Positions 60,176 to 64,000 of a stretch of DNA of 64,000 bases are shown here, in pieces. The translations under genes and the position numbers were made by a program. The stretch comes from Dudresnaya verticillata. Taxonomy: Eukaryota. Each line of letters begins with the position of its first letter. Positions within the stretch are counted from its first letter, which is position 1. Location: the NCBI GenBank assembly GCA_977862235.1, contig OZ374565.1, positions 806,001-870,000 on the forward strand, given 5' to 3'. Under the pieces are notes generated by a model. It did no database searches and was not told the DNA's origin. It saw only the letters and a list, made by a program, of their open reading frames with translations.

Positions 60176-61489
60176 GTACGACGACACACGTGCGACCCGG
60201 TACACTGTAGGCCAGTCATGACGCAGGTCTAGATGGACATCGGGATTATCGGTTGTGTAAGGCACGAGCCTGTAGGGATGGCCCGAATCTAGGTTCAATC
60301 CGGATTGGGCATCGGGATCGGACATCGGGATCCGTGCTGATGTAAGGCGCGCGCGTGTAATGTCGGCGCGCCCGTAGTACTGGTACGAATTGGGATCAGG
60401 ATCAGGGTCGTACACGCCGCGACGTGCACGCGCATGTAAGGGACGCGTGGCCACATATATGTGTATGCGCGCAGATGGGATGTGGTCGGACTGAAGCTCT
60501 GGACAGACCAATCCAGACAGCCGTAAAAAATGGATGCACCGCTCATTGGGGAGGTAGAAAGTTCTTTTCGAAGCTAGAAGGGGTTGTGTTAACAGAAAAA
60601 GCGATTTACTTTGTCGCGATGCCCCTCTCTTCGTTCGCACACTGCAGACGCCTCTTGCGTTGCAGAGCAGGAAAACTGAGAAGATAAAACAAACGCGTAA
60701 CTAAAGACCAGTAGAGCTACGAGCGCCGGCTTGCTGATATGCTATTTGTCCAGCCCGGCCCCACCTGGGGCTTGCAGCGCCGCTGCATTCATCAGTTCGA
60801 TTCGCGCCCCTTGGTCGCGTTTGCGTCCAAACAAAGTCAGCAAAAGAACGTACTTTGATTATCCCGTGAGCCTCCCTTGCGCGACAGTGCGCGCGCGCCC
60901 TTCAACTGCATGCCCTGTTGGTTTCCGTGCCCTTTCGAACGTATCCAGCAATGTTTCCGCTGTTGGTCCCACTGGTCCTCGCGTACTGTTCCCTGTGCCC
61001 CGTGGGGTCGTCTCGATTGGTCAGCCCTATGGGGCTGCGGTCAACAACATGGGACGCCACGCGACAAACCTGTCAGACGCACGGCTGCACCGAGCGGCGT
61101 ATCTGTCAGACACACGACAGTACGACACGCGTCCTGGGTTCCCACGCACCACACCGACGCCATCAGCGCCCGCGCTAGTAGTAATACGTAGGTATCCCGT
61201 CTGGGACGTCGGAGCAGACCACGGAAATCCATCTTTGGTCCAGACTTCCCCTTCGGGTAGGTACCACGCGTACCTATCCGTTGGCATCAAGGCTCACGCA
61301 TTTACCCCTCCGTGCTTCCATGATCAGCCCCCGTCGTTGACGTGTTTTCTTTTGTATTCCTTTGTTCTTCCTTTCCCCTGCGGCATTTAAAGTCCGCCCA
61401 AGGCGTCGTCAACCCCTCTAACACTACCGCCTGAGGCATGGCTACCCACTGCCTATGGCGGCGCTACCCATCGAGCCCAGAACTGCTCG

Positions 61490-61790
61490 GCGGTGTTTCG
61501 TCCAGGACGTTTGCACTACAGAGCCTATGAACGGTCGCCGCACATTTGATGGCGGCTACGCACGCCACCAATGCATACGGAAGCGTAGCCCTGCGCATCG
61601 CGGACCTCGGATCCGTTCGGGCAAGAAACAAACGGGAAAACACGGGAATATCAGCGATTTCGTATACAGTAGCACACTGTAATGAGATCGCGACGGTGGC
61701 GCGCGCTATCACGAAGTTATCCGACATTCGTATTTCTTGATTATTTCCACAGGTCTCACGGAGGCAATACGTACAAAGACTTTGGATAGG
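61490..61790. mobile_element. Partial, diverged family B LTR
   Basis: Matches 2450-2740 (GAACGGTCGCC, AACGGGAAA, TCAGCGATTTCGTAT, TTCGTATTTC). Confidence 0.7.
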
Positions 61791-62019
61791 AGGCGACCTG
61801 TTTGGATTCAAGGCCCCCGCTTATGCAGGGCGATAATTGACCGCGTCTCCGAGGATTTTTCGTTATATCACAAGTATTACTGTCGTGAAATGAGCCGTGG
61901 CGCGCATCCGGCGTGCGAAGGCGATCCAACCCTAACGGATGATGTGACAACGGGCCACGCTCATGATTTGGCAACGCGTAACCGTGTTGGTGTTGTGTGC
62001 ATTGCTGTGTGCTGGCGTG

Positions 62020-62260
62020 CATTACTGTGCAGCAGTGGAGCGCACCAACCGTAGCGGAGTAGTTGTAGTTTTTGTTCTTTATTTTTAGTGAGTATCTGCA
62101 CAGTGCGTAGAGTAACCCAGCAGCCAATGAGAAGGCTGCACATGTCCGTGTCGAAGATTGGGACCAGCAGGGCCATTTCGACCATGGGTCCAGACCCTTA
62201 GGATCTGACGCACACGGACCGGACCGCTCGGTGTCACCCTGACTTGAATATCAGGGCGGC
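62020..62260 (+). mobile_element. Family C LTR-like end, second copy
   Basis: Reverse-complement homology to 945-1170. Confidence 0.6.
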
Positions 62261-62387
62261 ACCGCAGTACCTCCTAAGGCAAACGGGCAAGCAACCCTTG
62301 AGCCTCAATCCCACTGTAGCTCTTTCCTTTACGGTTTTCTCCGCGCCGAGCCCGTTGCAGTCTACCACCACCACCGTTACGGAGCCC

Positions 62388-63988
62388 TGTGGTATAAAGA
62401 ATGTCCACGGAGACGCGGGGAAGTCTCGCACTGTAAGGGATGGCCTCGGAGCCGAACGTGTGGCCTCGTAGCCTAAGGGAAAACGAAGAAAGGAAAAGGG
62501 TTGTAGCGTGGTAGAGCGAGGCGAACGACGCGAAGGACCACGGTGTCAACGTATTCGTGAGCGGAAGGGAGAACTCGAGCAATCGATGACCGGGGACGAC
62601 TCCGGGGGCGCAAGGCTATCGAAAGAGAGGCTCGACCGTATCCGCGGTCACGAACACGAAGATACCGAACTCGAAGAAACAAGTGTTTACCGAAGACTCC
62701 GAGGTCCGGGCGCTAGTCGCTTACCGGAAACCGTCGAGGGTAGTGCTAGACGACTGGCGAAGTACTACTACTACGTGAGCACGAATACACGTCAACACGG
62801 GAGACGGTTCGTACTCGAAGGATTCGTAACGGCCTCGATTCCAGTGAACAGTCGTCTCACGTATGGTGGCGTTTACGAGTGTGGCATAGCTGTAAGACCA
62901 GCTGTGCCACGCACGCGCAGCTGTAAGACCAACTGCGCCACGTGTTCACCGCTGTGCGCACGCTGTCAGCCGGTGGTGCCGAAGCCCCGCTGAAACTGTA
63001 AGGAATTCACTGCGGCGCCCGCGCGTGCACGTGTACGCGTGTGACACTGAAACTCCCACGTAATTTCTACGTTTATTTTTGTGTAGTGTACAGCACCGTC
63101 TAGTTTAAGCGGCGGTCGAACGCCCTGCTGTCCTGCGCGCCGTGCGCACGCACTCCGACGTAGAGCCGTTGAGAGCGTGACACGCGCGCGCGTACTCCGG
63201 CGTCGAGCCGCTGAGTACCTGTGCACCGTTTCGACCACGCGCGCCCCCGGGTTACCGTTACCCGTACGCGGCGACGCGTGTCGGGGCGCGCCGGCGCACC
63301 TCCCGAGTTGGTGCCGCCGCAGGCCCTGTAGTCTATTTAGTAGTCGCCCCTCTGGACTTGAGTAAACAAGGCAACCCAGCCTACACCAGACTTTCCCCTT
63401 TCTGCTTTGGGTTTCTTTCCCAGTCCTTCGCCCTACGGCTTCCCTCTTTCCCTAGCCGCCTAGGCTTTCCTTTTCCTTTCCCTACCGTCGGCTTCGTGCC
63501 GCCCCACGACGGGGACGCAGGGATCCGGCCGCTTCCGCCCGCGTACGGTCCGCCCTGTGCGCGCTCAGGCTTCGATGCCGTAGAGCCGCGACCGTCGACG
63601 GCGCGCGCGGCCGACACCACGGCTCTACCACCACCACTACCACCCTTCGACGGGTCTGGCTGCGACTACGAGATCAGCCGCGCTAGACGTCAGTTCGACC
63701 TGACGTCTATGCCACAACGAGGTGCGCCAGCAATGCATGCGGAGGTGCATGCGCGTCGTGGGCCTCGGAGCCGTTCGAGCAGGAAACAACGGGAAACAAG
63801 GAGGTGTCAGCGATTTCATGTTCGGTGCGCACGGTAATGCGAATGCCATCGTGGCGCGGTCACAGTATTTGCAATGTAATACGTTTGCCATCGTGGCGTG
63901 CGCGTTCATGGAATCACTTCGAACTTCGTATTTCTCGATTATTTTCACGAAGACCACGAAGTAGTTTTGCGCGCAGCGTCAATCCCCA
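62388..63988. mobile_element. Family B LTR interrupted by a family A solo LTR
   Basis: Starts TGTGGTATAAAGAA; colinear with 2014-2766 on both sides of the insertion; right end degraded, no TSD. Confidence 0.85.
62880..63716 (+). mobile_element. Solo LTR, family A
   Basis: TGTGGCATAG...CTATGCCACA; perfect TSD ACGAG. Confidence 0.93.
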
Positions 63989-64000
63989 TTGCTAGATGGT

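Noticed and set aside
60731..61390. 219-aa ORF
   Set aside because: Non-ATG start, no recognisable motif, repeat-derived surroundings.

Overview
Eukaryotic, transposon-rich window, not bacterial. The intronless genes and the element mix suggest a florideophyte red alga such as Chondrus or Gracilariales (inference only). The only clear host genes are four intronless paralogues at 4.9-15.0 kb, arranged divergently (- - + +). Each encodes a ~290-315 aa secreted, basic protein with 8 invariant Cys: an unnamed Cys-rich N-terminal domain fused to a bacterial-type YfaP/DUF2135-like C-terminal domain. The rest is nested mobile DNA: a decayed tyrosine-recombinase (DIRS-like) retrotransposon, three Copia-type and two Gypsy-type elements or remnants, six solo LTRs with 5-bp TSDs (four perfect, two 4/5), a tRNA-like SINE head and two ISL2EU-like transposase copies. 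There is also a 7-kb PIF/Harbinger element with perfect TIRs and TAA TSDs that carries extra cargo, including a matrin/JAZ-type zinc finger the ORF track misses. All similarities were read by eye; no searches were run.
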